55,170 bases of DNA from Rhodospirillaceae bacterium (GCA_002700865.1 PAFB01000149.1:1-55170); one strand, 5' to 3'; positions 8,861-18,382 are shown, numbered from the stretch's first letter. The notes: generated by a model from the sequence alone, not told the origin. Numbers and translations: made by a program.

Positions 8861-9457
8861 TCAGGCGAAAAGCAGCGTCACCGCGGAGAGCACAGCGACC
8901 CCTGCCAACGCCGCCGCCATCCCGAGGTTAATCAACCGCTGAAGACGCTGGGACAGGTCAAGAGCGTGAAGCCGAACGCCGGCCCAGAGCCAAAGGAAGT
9001 GTAACGGAAACCAAACCAAGTTGGCGATCACCAGCTTGGCCCCGATCTCAAACCAAAGGGCTTCAGGCGCAAAGCTGAAGCCAGTGAAGAGTGCGGTATT
9101 GACCGCGTAGGCCTTAGGGTTGAGCACCTGGAGCACGACTGCGCTTAGAACGCCGGGCGGGTGCCGCGCTTCTATAAAAGCGATGCGCGAGCCAGCGAAG
9201 GCGATCCGTACAGCGAGATAGAACAAGAAGGCCGTCGACCCTGCCAGCAGTGCAAGCCGCAGCCCCGGCGCCGACAGCAGCACGGCGGCCAGGCCACTCA
9301 TCACTGCCAGCATGACGATGTTGGCCCCCAGCATGATCCCAAGCACAAACACCACCGAGCGCCGGAAACCGTAGGACGCGCCAAAGCCCGCCACCGTCAG
9401 GACGGCCGGTCCAGGGGTGAGGACGAGGAAAAATGCGGCGAGGCCGAAGCTAATCAT
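8861..9457 (-). CDS. LysE/RhtB-family amino-acid (small-molecule) exporter
   Basis: About 200-aa polytopic membrane protein. The N-terminal MISFGLAAFFLVLTPGPAVL block is typical of LysE translocators. ATG 9457 preferred, with an alternative GTG at 9487. Confidence 0.8.
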   Translation of the reverse strand: MISFGLAAFFLVLTPGPAVLTVAGFGASYGFRRSVVFVLGIMLGANIVMLAVMSGLAAVLLSAPGLRLALLAGSTAFLFYLAVRIAFAGSRIAFIEARHPPGVLSAVVLQVLNPKAYAVNTALFTGFSFAPEALWFEIGAKLVIANLVWFPLHFLWLWAGVRLHALDLSQRLQRLINLGMAAALAGVAVLSAVTLLFA

Positions 9458-9599
9458 AATGCCATTTGCTGCGCCTTTGCCGCGCACAGCAAGCGCAAAG
9501 TCACCGCAGCCGCGCCAGGGTGACAGGCACCCTTGCGGGACTTTTGGGACAAACGGCCTAAATCACCGATCTATTAAGCTTTTTTCCGGAGACTGCGCC

Positions 9600-10907
9600 A
9601 TGCAGGAGCATCCGCGCCGCCGCGACTTGATCGACGAACTCCACGCGCGCCCCTTTGCCGAGGTCAGCGCCCCCTGTGACGTGGTTTTTCTCGCCTGCAA
9701 GCACCCGGAGAATGCGGTCGGGCGCGACCGGGCTGCGGAACGCGACCGGCTCATCGATCGGCTGAGCACCGCCGGGCTCGACGCCGAGAAGGTCGGCACC
9801 AACCACTTCCTCGACCGCGTAGCGGCCTGCGACCGGCTGAAATGGGAGCAGCATTCGGAGTTCACCAGCCTCGCGCTGTTCCGCGAGGACACAGCGGCTG
9901 AGGCCTTCGACTTTGATGACTCCCGCGCCACCCTCGAAGGCTGGGCACAGAGCCTGACTTCCCCGGCGCTGGTGCAGGTTTCCATCCGCGTCGAACCCGT
10001 CCCCGAAGACCCGGCAACCATGGCGACGCGCCTGTCCCAGTGGTTCAACCCAAAAAGCCTCGCCGCCGCCCGCATACTCGACGGCAGTGGCGTGCTTGCC
10101 GGGGATTTCCAACTCGACGAGCATGGCCACATGCGCTTCGCCCTGTTCGTTGCGACCGACACCAGCCCGGCCCGCGTCGGGCAGGTGGTGCAGTCGGTGC
10201 TGGAGATCGAGACCTACCGCGCCATGGCCATGCTCGGCCTGCACCGAGCGCGCAAGTTGGCCAAGGCATTGACCGACTTCGACCAGCGGCTCGAAGACAT
10301 CGTGCTGACCATGGCCAAGGCCGACGCGAACGCCGAAGGTCTGCTGTTCAACCTTCTCGACATCTCGTCGACGCTGGAGGAGCAGGCGGCGCTGATGACT
10401 TTCCGCTTCGGCGCGACTGAGGCCTACAACGCCATCGTCCACGACCGGATCGAGCTGCTGCGAGAGCAGCGGTTCGAGGGGCTACAGACCTTCCACGAGT
10501 TCATGATGCGCCGCTTTGACCCGGCGATCCGGACCGTCAGCTCGACTCAGGACCGGCTCAACAGCCAGCTCGACCGAACGACCCGGACGGCCGAGCTGCT
10601 GCGCACCCGTGTCGACGTCTCGCGCTCAGCGCAGAACCAGTCGCTGCTGACCAGCATGGACCGGCGCACGGGGCTGCAGCTGCGGCTGCAGCGCACGGTC
10701 GAGGGCCTATCGGTGATCGCGATCAGCTACTACGCCGTTAACCTGCTCTCCGGGCTGCTGTATCCGCTGGCCGACGCCGCCGGCTTCTCCAAAGCGGAAC
10801 TGACCGCCGGGCTGGTGCTGCCGGTTGTCGGCGTGGTGGCGCTGCTGATCCGACAGGTACGGCTCGGCGCGCGACGCCGAGACGACAATAGCCCGGGACA
10901 GGACTAA
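9600..10907 (+). CDS. DUF3422-family membrane-anchored protein
   Basis: ATG 9600 has GGAGA 7 nt upstream. The N-terminus MQEHPRRRDLIDELHARPF is typical of DUF3422. There are two C-terminal hydrophobic helices (LSVIAISYYAVNLLSGLLYPL and LVLPVVGVVALLI). Track ORF codons 1-61 look like a spurious extension. Confidence 0.7.
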   Translation: MQEHPRRRDLIDELHARPFAEVSAPCDVVFLACKHPENAVGRDRAAERDRLIDRLSTAGLDAEKVGTNHFLDRVAACDRLKWEQHSEFTSLALFREDTAAEAFDFDDSRATLEGWAQSLTSPALVQVSIRVEPVPEDPATMATRLSQWFNPKSLAAARILDGSGVLAGDFQLDEHGHMRFALFVATDTSPARVGQVVQSVLEIETYRAMAMLGLHRARKLAKALTDFDQRLEDIVLTMAKADANAEGLLFNLLDISSTLEEQAALMTFRFGATEAYNAIVHDRIELLREQRFEGLQTFHEFMMRRFDPAIRTVSSTQDRLNSQLDRTTRTAELLRTRVDVSRSAQNQSLLTSMDRRTGLQLRLQRTVEGLSVIAISYYAVNLLSGLLYPLADAAGFSKAELTAGLVLPVVGVVALLIRQVRLGARRRDDNSPGQD

Positions 10908-10940
10908 GCTTGACGCCGCCGCCGCGCGCGGGGAGGGTGA

Positions 10941-12521
10941 TTGAGCAACCACAGCGCCGGATCCGCCATGCTCGACCAGAATCTCTACACCTGCTTCCGA
11001 GACAGGCGCCCCACTGACCCGTCTGCCCTGTTCCTGCGCGCGGATCGGGGTAGCCTTGCCTACGGCGACCTAGATGGGGAAACCGGGCAATACGCCGCCG
11101 CGCTGGCCGCCTGCGGGGTCTCACCCGGTGATCGGGTGGTTGTCCAGGTCGGTAAATCGATGGAATTCGTGCTGCTCTACCTCGCCTGTCTGCGCGTTGG
11201 TGCGGTGTTCGTTCCACTCAACCCGGCCTACACTCCGACTGAATTGGCTTACTTCCTCGATGATGCCAAACCGCAAGTGCTGGTCTGCGACCCTGACGCG
11301 GACGCCACCCATGACCTCGCCGCATTGGCAGGGGAGGCTGGCATTGGCCATTGCCTGACGCTGGGCATGGATGGAAGCGGTAGCCTGCCCGAAGCCGCAG
11401 CGGCCTTGCCACCTTCCGACGACATCATTCACCGCGAACGCGATGACCTCGCAGCGATCCTTTACACCTCGGGCACCACAGGGCGATCAAAGGGTGCGAT
11501 GATCACCCACGGCAACCTGATCTCGAACGGGCTTGTGCTGCACGAATACTGGGGTTGGGTGCCGGGAGACGTATTGCTCCACGCCCTGCCCGTATTTCAT
11601 GTCCACGGCCTCTTCGTTGCGCTGCACTGCGCCCTGCTCAACGGCTCGGAAGTCATCTTTCTCGACGCCTTCGACCCCGCGCGACTGGTGGCCGAGTTGC
11701 CCGGAGCCAGCGTGCTCATGGGTGTTCCAACCTTCTATGTCCGACTGTTGAACACGCCCGGATTCGACCGCAGCGTTAGCGACGGCGTGCGGGTGTTCAT
11801 CTCCGGCTCCGCGCCACTGCTGCCCGAGACCTTCGACCAGTTCGAAGCCCTGACCGGACAGCCGATCCTCGAACGCTACGGCATGACCGAGGCGGGGATG
11901 ATCACCTCCAACCCCTATGACGACGGGGAACGCATTGCCGGCACAGTGGGCTACGCCCTGCCCGGTATCCATGCCCGGGTCACTGACCGCGACGGCGCGA
12001 CGCTGCCAGCAGGAGAAATCGGTATTTTAGAAATCGCTGGCCCAAACGTCTTCGCTGGCTACTGGAATATGCCCGAGAAGACGGCAGAAGAATTCCGCAC
12101 CGATGGCCACTTCATCACCGGCGATATGGCAACCATGGCCGAAGACGGACGCATCACCATCGTCGGCCGCGCCAAGGACTTGATCATCAGCGGCGGCTTC
12201 AACGTCTACCCCAAAGAGGTGGAGGAGCAATTAGACCAAATACCGGGAGTGCGGGAGAGCTGCGTCATTGGCCTGCCCCACCCGGACCTCGGCGAGGCCG
12301 TCATAGCGGTGATCGTGCCGGAAGCAGGTGGTGAAGCGGTCGGTGCCTCGGGCGCGGGCGCGGGGGCGATATCCTCGGAAAGCGTCGCCACCTTCCTTGC
12401 CGACCGGTTGGCACGGTTCAAGCAACCCCGGCAAGTGGTTCTGGTCGACGCCCTGCCCCGCAACGCGATGGGCAAGGTGAAGAAAAAAGCGCTGCGGGAA
12501 GACTATGCAGGCTTGTTCTAA
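10941..12521 (+). CDS. AMP-dependent acyl-CoA synthetase, malonyl-CoA synthetase (MatB)-like
   Basis: 526-aa ORF, TTG start with GGAGGG SD. Carries the AMP-binding motif ILYTSGTTGRSKGAMITH. The N-terminal MSNH and the block VVVQVGKSMEFVLLYLACLRVGAVFVPLNPAYTPTELAYFLDDAKP closely resemble rhizobial MatB as I recall it. Confidence 0.75.
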   Translation: MSNHSAGSAMLDQNLYTCFRDRRPTDPSALFLRADRGSLAYGDLDGETGQYAAALAACGVSPGDRVVVQVGKSMEFVLLYLACLRVGAVFVPLNPAYTPTELAYFLDDAKPQVLVCDPDADATHDLAALAGEAGIGHCLTLGMDGSGSLPEAAAALPPSDDIIHRERDDLAAILYTSGTTGRSKGAMITHGNLISNGLVLHEYWGWVPGDVLLHALPVFHVHGLFVALHCALLNGSEVIFLDAFDPARLVAELPGASVLMGVPTFYVRLLNTPGFDRSVSDGVRVFISGSAPLLPETFDQFEALTGQPILERYGMTEAGMITSNPYDDGERIAGTVGYALPGIHARVTDRDGATLPAGEIGILEIAGPNVFAGYWNMPEKTAEEFRTDGHFITGDMATMAEDGRITIVGRAKDLIISGGFNVYPKEVEEQLDQIPGVRESCVIGLPHPDLGEAVIAVIVPEAGGEAVGASGAGAGAISSESVATFLADRLARFKQPRQVVLVDALPRNAMGKVKKKALREDYAGLF

Positions 12522-12656
12522 TCGTCGGCACAATAGCGGCCTTGCCCGTCATGGTGAAAAACCTGACCTGTCTGCGCTTGCTTTCGCATTCAATCCGGAT
12601 ATTTGGCAGGGGAGGTTTGAAGACCCCCTTCCCCCCCGATCGCAGGAACCCCTTTC

Positions 12657-13844
12657 ATGACCGACACCGCTGCCCGCGCGGGCATGCCTTCTGGCACCGT
12701 TACCAAGGACTTTGGCTTTGGCACCCAGATCCGCAAATCACCCTACTTCGACGCGACCGTGCGCTGGGGCGCAACAGGGTTCTCCGTCTATAATCACATG
12801 TACATTCCGCGTGATTTTGGTGATCCGGAGCAGAATTTCTGGAACCTGATAAACGACGCCATCCTCTGCGACGTAGCGGTCGAGCGGCAGGTAGAGATCA
12901 GCGGCCCAGACGCCGCCGCCTTTGTCCAGCGGCTGACCCCGCGTGATCTATCCAAACTTGCTGTGGGCCAGTGCAAGTACGTGCTGATTACCAACGCCGC
13001 GGGCTGCCTGATCAACGACCCCGTGCTGCTACGTCTGGCGGAGGACCGATTCTGGCTGTCACTGGCCGACAGCGACGTGCTGCTGTGGGCGCAGGGGGTG
13101 GCAGTGAACAGCGGCCTCGACGTCCATATCCACGAGCCCGACGTCTCCCCCCTGCAACTTCAGGGACCGAAGTCGGGAGAGATTATGGCTGCGTTGTTTG
13201 GTGATGACATCCGCGACCTGCGCTACTACTGGCTGCGCGAATTGGAGCTTCACGGCATTCCGGTCGTCGTTTCCCGCACCGGTTGGTCGAGCGAGCTGGG
13301 TTACGAAATCTATCTTCAGGACAGCGCGCAGGGGGACGCCCTGTGGGAAGCGATCATGGCCGCGGGCCAGCCCTTCGGCCTGCAGCCCGGGCACACGTCG
13401 TCCATCCGGCGGATCGAAGGCGGAATGCTGTCCTACCAGGCCGACGCCGATATCACGGTCAACCCCTTCGAGCTGGGACTGGACCGGCTGGTTGAACTCG
13501 ACGGTGGCCATGACTTCATCGGTCGTGAGGCGTTGTTGAAAATCCGTGACGCCGGGGTTGATCGCGTGCAGGTGGGGCTCCGTCTCGACGCCGAACCCCT
13601 GACCGGACCGAACACAACATTCTGGACTGTCACCGCGACCACGGGCGGGACCGTGGGGCGGGTTACGTCGGCTGTGTATTCCCCGCGGTTGGAGCAAAAC
13701 ATCGCACTGGCCTTCGTTAGCACCGATCACGCCGGTTTGGGCACTAAACTGCGGGTCCAGCGCGCGCAGGGCGACTGCCCCGCCGAGGTGGTCGAACGAC
13801 CCTTCTTTGATCCGCGTAAGGCCAAGGCCAAGGGCGATAACTAG
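12657..13844 (+). CDS. dmdA: GcvT-family aminomethyltransferase, DmdA-like (candidate DMSP demethylase)
   Basis: 395-aa ORF. Blocks parallel characterised DmdA as I recall it: IRKSPYFDATV..G...FSVYNHMYIP, ERQVEISGPDAAAFVQRLTPRDLSKLAVGQCKY, INDPVLLRLAEDRFWLSLADSDVLLWAQGVA, EPDVSPLQLQGP, VSRTGWSSELGYEIY and IRRIEGGMLSY. The GcvT-family call is confident. The DmdA-specific call is moderate. Confidence 0.6.
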   Translation: MTDTAARAGMPSGTVTKDFGFGTQIRKSPYFDATVRWGATGFSVYNHMYIPRDFGDPEQNFWNLINDAILCDVAVERQVEISGPDAAAFVQRLTPRDLSKLAVGQCKYVLITNAAGCLINDPVLLRLAEDRFWLSLADSDVLLWAQGVAVNSGLDVHIHEPDVSPLQLQGPKSGEIMAALFGDDIRDLRYYWLRELELHGIPVVVSRTGWSSELGYEIYLQDSAQGDALWEAIMAAGQPFGLQPGHTSSIRRIEGGMLSYQADADITVNPFELGLDRLVELDGGHDFIGREALLKIRDAGVDRVQVGLRLDAEPLTGPNTTFWTVTATTGGTVGRVTSAVYSPRLEQNIALAFVSTDHAGLGTKLRVQRAQGDCPAEVVERPFFDPRKAKAKGDN

Positions 13845-14104
13845 GACGGCAGCGACGGCGGGCATGTCGAACAGAGCCCGGCCGTTCAACGCATGAACAA
13901 GCGCGGTCAGACCATCGGCTGATGGCTGCTTCGTGGGTGCGGTGGTGATCGCCGCCGGAATCGCTGCAATCGAACTGTACGGACACGTATGACCCTGGGC
14001 GAAGTTGTAGCCTTGGGCGGCGGCGTGACAGCGGAGGTGGAGCAGGGCTATTCTGCTGGCGGTCGCGCCCGGTAGAGGCGCGCTGGAACAGGGAACCCCG
14101 AAGC

Positions 14105-15928
14105 ATGACCACCTTCACCTCAGGGACCGCGGCTGCACCCTTCTCGACTTGGGCCGAAAGCGCTTCTCGCCTCGTCTCCGTCGCCGCCGGACGCCAACCT
14201 GCAGACTGCGTTATCCGTGGTGGCAAGGTGGTCAACGTGCAGAGCCGCGAAGTGCTCGACGGCTGGGAGGTTGCGGTTGCCGCTGGCCGCTTCGCCTACG
14301 TTGGCCTAGACGCGGCGCACACCATCGGTGCTGAGACAGAGGTGATCGACGCCGACGGACGCTATATCATCCCAGGTTTTTGTGACGGGCACATGCATAT
14401 TGAAAGCGGCATGTTGACCCCGGCGGAGTTCTGCGCAGCCGTCATGCCGCACGGAACCACGACCATTTTTACTGACCCGCATGAGATTGCCAACGTTCTG
14501 GGACTGGAAGGCGTGAGGATGATGCACGACGAAGCCTTGATGCAGCCCATGAACGTTTTTACTCAGATGCCGTCCTGCGCGCCCTCAGCCCCGGGGCTAG
14601 AGACGACGGGATTTGAAATCAGCCCAGCCGACGTAGTCGAGGCCATGGCCTGGCCTGGAATCATCGGGTTGGGGGAGATGATGAACTTCCCCGGCGTTAT
14701 CAACGGCGATCCGAAAATGCTCGCGGAAATAGCTGAAACTATGCGCGCGGGTAAGACCGTCGGCGGGCACTACGCCTCGCCAGATTTGGGAACGGCCTTC
14801 CACGCCTATGTCGCTGGTGGCCCGGCCGACGATCACGAAGGTACGGCAGAGGCCGACGCGATTGCTCGTGTGCGGCAAGGGATGCGCGCCATGCTGCGGC
14901 TTGGTTCGGCTTGGTACGATGTCGAAAGTCAGATCACGGCGATCACGGAAAAGGGTCTGGACCCGCGCAATTTCATCCTGTGCACCGACGACTGCCATTC
15001 AGGCACACTGGTCAACGACGGCCATATGAACCGGGTGGTGCGTCATGCGATCGACTGCGGTTGCGACCCGCTGGTGGCGCTCCAAATGGCAACGATCAAC
15101 ACCGCCGGCCATTTCGGGCTAGAGCGAGAACTAGGCAGCATTGCACCCGGCCGCCGTGCCGATATGATCCTGAGCAGCGACTTGTACAGCCTGCCCATCG
15201 AGACCGTTTTTGCCCGCGGCGTCCGGGTCGCTACAGATGGCCAGCGGCTCGTCGACTGTCCTCACTACGATTGGCCGCAAAGCGCACGCGAGACTGTGCG
15301 ACTGGGCAAAACCCTGCAAGCAAAAGACTTCAGCATTGCCGCGCCCGCAGGTGCCAATGCTGTTCGCGCCCGGGTAATTGGCGTTGTGGAAAATCAAGCA
15401 CCGACACGAGCGCTGAGCTTCGAACTGCCCGTCACAGAGGGTCGGGTGCAGGCAACCGGCGAGGTCTGCCAGATCGCACTGGTCGAGCGCCACCGCGCCA
15501 CTGGCGGGCTCACCAACGGCTTTGTCTCCGGCTTCGGCTATCAGGGCTCCATGGCCATTGCGTCGACCGTCGCCCACGACAGCCACCATATGATTGTTGT
15601 CGGCACTGACCGGGACATGATGGCGGCGGCGGCGAACCGGCTGGGTGAGGTCGGCGGCGGGGTCACGGTGTGGAAAGACGGCGCCGAAATCGCGCTGGTC
15701 GAGCTGCCCATCGCGGGGCTGATGTCCGACCGGCCTGCGCACGAGGTTGCTGAAAAGGCGCAGGCTATGGTCGACGCTATGGCGGCCTGTGGTTGCAGCC
15801 TCAACAACGCCTTCATGCAGCACTCTTTGCTGGCGTTGGTTGTGATTCCGGAGCTGAGAATTTCAGATTTGGGACTGGTGGACGTGACTCGTTTCGAGAT
15901 CACCGATGTGCTCGAAGAAAACAGCTGA
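14105..15928 (+). CDS. ade: Adenine deaminase (amidohydrolase superfamily)
   Basis: 607-aa ORF with metal-binding IIPGFCDGHMHIESG and the blocks HGTTTIFTDPHEIANV and SVAHDSHHMIVVG-like (STVAHDSHHMIVVGTD). Length includes the C-terminal domain typical of Ade. Confidence 0.85.
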   Translation: MTTFTSGTAAAPFSTWAESASRLVSVAAGRQPADCVIRGGKVVNVQSREVLDGWEVAVAAGRFAYVGLDAAHTIGAETEVIDADGRYIIPGFCDGHMHIESGMLTPAEFCAAVMPHGTTTIFTDPHEIANVLGLEGVRMMHDEALMQPMNVFTQMPSCAPSAPGLETTGFEISPADVVEAMAWPGIIGLGEMMNFPGVINGDPKMLAEIAETMRAGKTVGGHYASPDLGTAFHAYVAGGPADDHEGTAEADAIARVRQGMRAMLRLGSAWYDVESQITAITEKGLDPRNFILCTDDCHSGTLVNDGHMNRVVRHAIDCGCDPLVALQMATINTAGHFGLERELGSIAPGRRADMILSSDLYSLPIETVFARGVRVATDGQRLVDCPHYDWPQSARETVRLGKTLQAKDFSIAAPAGANAVRARVIGVVENQAPTRALSFELPVTEGRVQATGEVCQIALVERHRATGGLTNGFVSGFGYQGSMAIASTVAHDSHHMIVVGTDRDMMAAAANRLGEVGGGVTVWKDGAEIALVELPIAGLMSDRPAHEVAEKAQAMVDAMAACGCSLNNAFMQHSLLALVVIPELRISDLGLVDVTRFEITDVLEENS

Positions 15929-16005
15929 CCTCACCCGGAGACCCCAGAGACCACGAGAACGACGAAAGCCTCCTCAGGGAGACGGTTTGTGGGTCGTCTA
16001 CAAGC

Positions 16006-16695
16006 TCAGTTTTTGGTTTCAGCGCTCGTGGGTTCCTTGAGCATCTCAAACAGTTCCGCCATTGCGTCCTTTCCGATGTAGCCGGCGAAGGGGAGGCCTT
16101 GTACAATGAAACCGGGCGTGGATCGAATGCCGCCAGCGAGTGCACGCTGCAAATTGTGACGGATGTGCAGACCGATTTCAGGGCGCTGCATGTCGATAAG
16201 AATCTGATCTGGGTCGCCCCCCAGTGACGCGACAATGGACAGTGCAGCCTCGGGCGACGGCACCGTTCGCGCGGTCATCATCGCCTTATGAACCTCCAGA
16301 TATAAACCCTGATACGATGCTGCGAGGGCGATCTGCGCCAGCGGCAGCGACTGCGGCGTCAGGATAGGCAGTTCGCGGATCACCAATCGGATGTCTGTGT
16401 CTTCGGCAGCGAGCGCGTCGACTTCGGGGCTCGATACCTTGCAGAAGGTACAGTAATAATCGAGGAATTCCTCGACCACGATCGCGCCATCAGGGTTCCG
16501 GGCGACAAAGCCATCAGGCAGCGCGTACAGCGCGTCCCCCTGGGCTTCTGCCTGCTCCGTGACTATAGACGTTGGCGACGCATCTAACGCCTGAGTCTCG
16601 GCCAATGCCAGGCCAGCGAAGATCAACGACATCAGCGCCATGAGCACAGTACGAAGGCCGGGCAGGAGCAGGAGAAAGTGCAAGCAGTTCATCAT
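16006..16695 (-). CDS. DsbA-family thiol:disulfide oxidoreductase (exported)
   Basis: ATG 16695 opens a signal peptide MMNCLHFLLLLPGLRTVLMALMSLIFAGLALAE. Carries the thioredoxin-fold CxxC motif YYCTFCK. The upstream 76 codons of the track ORF look like a spurious extension. Confidence 0.7.
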   Translation of the reverse strand: MMNCLHFLLLLPGLRTVLMALMSLIFAGLALAETQALDASPTSIVTEQAEAQGDALYALPDGFVARNPDGAIVVEEFLDYYCTFCKVSSPEVDALAAEDTDIRLVIRELPILTPQSLPLAQIALAASYQGLYLEVHKAMMTARTVPSPEAALSIVASLGGDPDQILIDMQRPEIGLHIRHNLQRALAGGIRSTPGFIVQGLPFAGYIGKDAMAELFEMLKEPTSAETKN

Positions 16696-16744
16696 GAATT
16701 GCTTATGCCGCCGCTTCACACGGTGAGGCAAGGCTGCACCTTGC

Positions 16745-17047
16745 TCAGACACGAGGTCTTGATCGGCGCCCTGCGGGCAGGGTGAGCCTCTGCGGAGGCT
16801 GTTGTGTAGGCGCTGAGCTCCTCGGCGAAGACCTCTTTGGCACGTTCCCCAGCGCTGCGGGTGCAAGCAATCCACCTTGTGCCGCCAAAACACCATAGCC
16901 GCCCATGGAATATCCGATGACACCCACCCGCTCCGTTGCGGTCCGGCTCAGCACCGGATGCGTCTGAAACCTCGCGTGCTCTTTGGGAATTAGTGTATAG
17001 TGCCTTTTGATGTTTGCATGAGTGTGGAGCCGCATTGTGAAAATCAC
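16745..17047 (-). pseudogene. Possible remnant of an alpha/beta-hydrolase gene
   Basis: Only about 35 codons look protein-like: HPVLSRTATERVGVIGYSMGGYGVLAAQGG with a GxSxG nucleophile elbow. The flanks are low-complexity, and the 5' part is overlapped by the HCCA-isomerase-like gene on the other strand. Confidence 0.3.
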
Positions 17048-17627
17048 CGCTTACCTATCGATTGGCAGCACCTACACATTTCTTACCGCGCTTCGACTGC
17101 GGGACGTGATCGATCGCGAAGGTATCACGGTGGAATTCCGCCCGTTCAGTGTCAGGGCCATCATGCGAGAGATGAACAACATTCCATTTCCGCCGGAAAA
17201 GGAGGCGAAGGTCCGCTACATGTGGCGGGATATCGAACGCCGGGCTGCGGGCTACGGCTTGCCATCGCCGAAGGTGCCCGCCCCCTACCCGCTGCAGGAC
17301 TTTGACCGCGCCAACCACGTTGGCATTATCGCCGAGCAACAGGGCTGGTACATCGACTATTTCGAAGCCACGTATCGCGCCTGGTTCCTCGACGGGTTAG
17401 AGGCCGGTAGCGATGCAAACATCCATCAGGTCTGCCAGGGTCTTGGCCGATCGTTTGACGACGTGACAGCCGCCGCCCTCACGCCGGAAGCCGAGGCTGG
17501 CTACCGCGCGAATACCGAAGCAGCCAAGGCCGCTGGCGTTTTTGGTGCGCCCTCGTTCGTGGTTGGTGACGAGCTGTTCTGGGGGGATGATCGGCTAGAG
17601 GATGCCATTGCCTTTTCCCGGCGTTGA
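17037..17627 (+). CDS. 2-hydroxychromene-2-carboxylate isomerase / DsbA-like (kappa-GST type) family protein
   Basis: DsbA-like fold without CxxC. The C-terminal block FGAPSFVVGDELFWGDDRLEDAI is typical of the HCCA isomerase family. GTG 17037 has GGAG 7 nt upstream, with an alternative GTG at 17022. Confidence 0.75.
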   Translation: MKITAYLSIGSTYTFLTALRLRDVIDREGITVEFRPFSVRAIMREMNNIPFPPEKEAKVRYMWRDIERRAAGYGLPSPKVPAPYPLQDFDRANHVGIIAEQQGWYIDYFEATYRAWFLDGLEAGSDANIHQVCQGLGRSFDDVTAAALTPEAEAGYRANTEAAKAAGVFGAPSFVVGDELFWGDDRLEDAIAFSRR

Positions 17628-17689
17628 GGGCTCCACCGATGTTCTGAAAGCATTGGAACCACAGCCACTGGCATGTCATACCCGGGGTC

Positions 17690-18382
17690 ATGAGCTACGC
17701 CGTGACCCCACCCCCAATTTCCGCCCTGCCAATTCTCGGCAGCAACCAGCTCTTTCCAATCCATCGCGCCTTTTGCGTGGGACGCAACTACGCTGCGCAC
17801 GCGGCCGAAATGGGCAACGTCGTTGATCGGGAAGCACCCTTCTATTTCCTCAAATCGCCCCAGCACGTGGCCTTTGCAAACGGTAAAGATCCCGTGCCGG
17901 TGCCCCCACGCACTGACAATTATCATCACGAGATCGAGCTGGTTGCTGCTCTGGCAAAGGGCGGAAGCGGGATCAGCATCGATACGGCGCTTGACCATAT
18001 CTTTGGTTACGCCGTCGGGCTGGACATGACCCGACGCGACTTGCAGCAGGACAGCAAAGACAAGCGCCGCAGTTGGGACACGGGCAAAGACTTCGAATTC
18101 AGCGGCCTGTGTTCGGCACTGTGCCAGCCCGGCGCGGGTGCTCGGCCAGATCAGGGCGCCATCAGCCTGCACGTAAACGGCGACCTGCGGCAGAGCGGCA
18201 ACCTTGCCGACCAGGTCTGGTCGTTAGCGGAAATCATTGCTGACCTTTCCACGCTCTACACGCTAATGCCCGGGGATCTGATCTTCACCGGCACCCCCGC
18301 TGGTGTGGGGCCAGTTGTTGCGGGCGACGCACTCGTCGGGACCATTGAAGGGATCGGGACGCTCGAAGTACGCCTTATCTAA
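17690..18382 (+). CDS. Fumarylacetoacetate hydrolase (FAH)-family protein
   Basis: 230-aa ORF with blocks CVGRNYAAHAAEMG, HHEIELVAAL, GYAVGLDMTRRDLQ and PGDLIFTGTPAGVGPV. Confidence 0.85.
   Translation: MSYAVTPPPISALPILGSNQLFPIHRAFCVGRNYAAHAAEMGNVVDREAPFYFLKSPQHVAFANGKDPVPVPPRTDNYHHEIELVAALAKGGSGISIDTALDHIFGYAVGLDMTRRDLQQDSKDKRRSWDTGKDFEFSGLCSALCQPGAGARPDQGAISLHVNGDLRQSGNLADQVWSLAEIIADLSTLYTLMPGDLIFTGTPAGVGPVVAGDALVGTIEGIGTLEVRLI

Noticed and set aside
9417-9599. 5' extensions of track ORFs: DUF3422 from 9417, LLM from 26052, DsbA-like from 16923, the small ORF from 971
   Set aside because: The extensions are Arg/Pro-rich or overlap the divergent neighbour. Internal ATG or GTG starts with Shine-Dalgarno motifs give N-termini typical of the respective families.
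9558-10442. Long antisense 'shadow' ORFs. Examples are 9558..10442(-) 294 aa, 13059..13889(-) 276 aa, 25117..25827(+) 236 aa, 26577..27290(-) 237 aa, 14911..15609(+) and 15131..15823(-), 17501..18172(-), 10738..11217(-), and their mirror twins
   Set aside because: Each lies entirely inside, and opposite to or out of frame with, a gene that has clear family motifs. Their translations are Arg/Pro/Gly/Ala-rich with no recognisable domains, as expected for open antisense frames in GC-rich DNA.
12522-12656. Imperfect GGGGAGG...CCTTCCCC stem between the ligase and the dmdA-like gene as a terminator
   Set aside because: The stem is interrupted and is not followed by a T-tract. The genes are co-oriented and may be co-transcribed, so the evidence is insufficient.
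13845-14104. Possible purine riboswitch or small gene in the 260-nt gap upstream of adenine deaminase
   Set aside because: I could not find the conserved purine-riboswitch core motifs. The only ORFs are very short or are continuations of antisense shadow frames. The region is GC-rich like the surrounding coding DNA. It is left unannotated.
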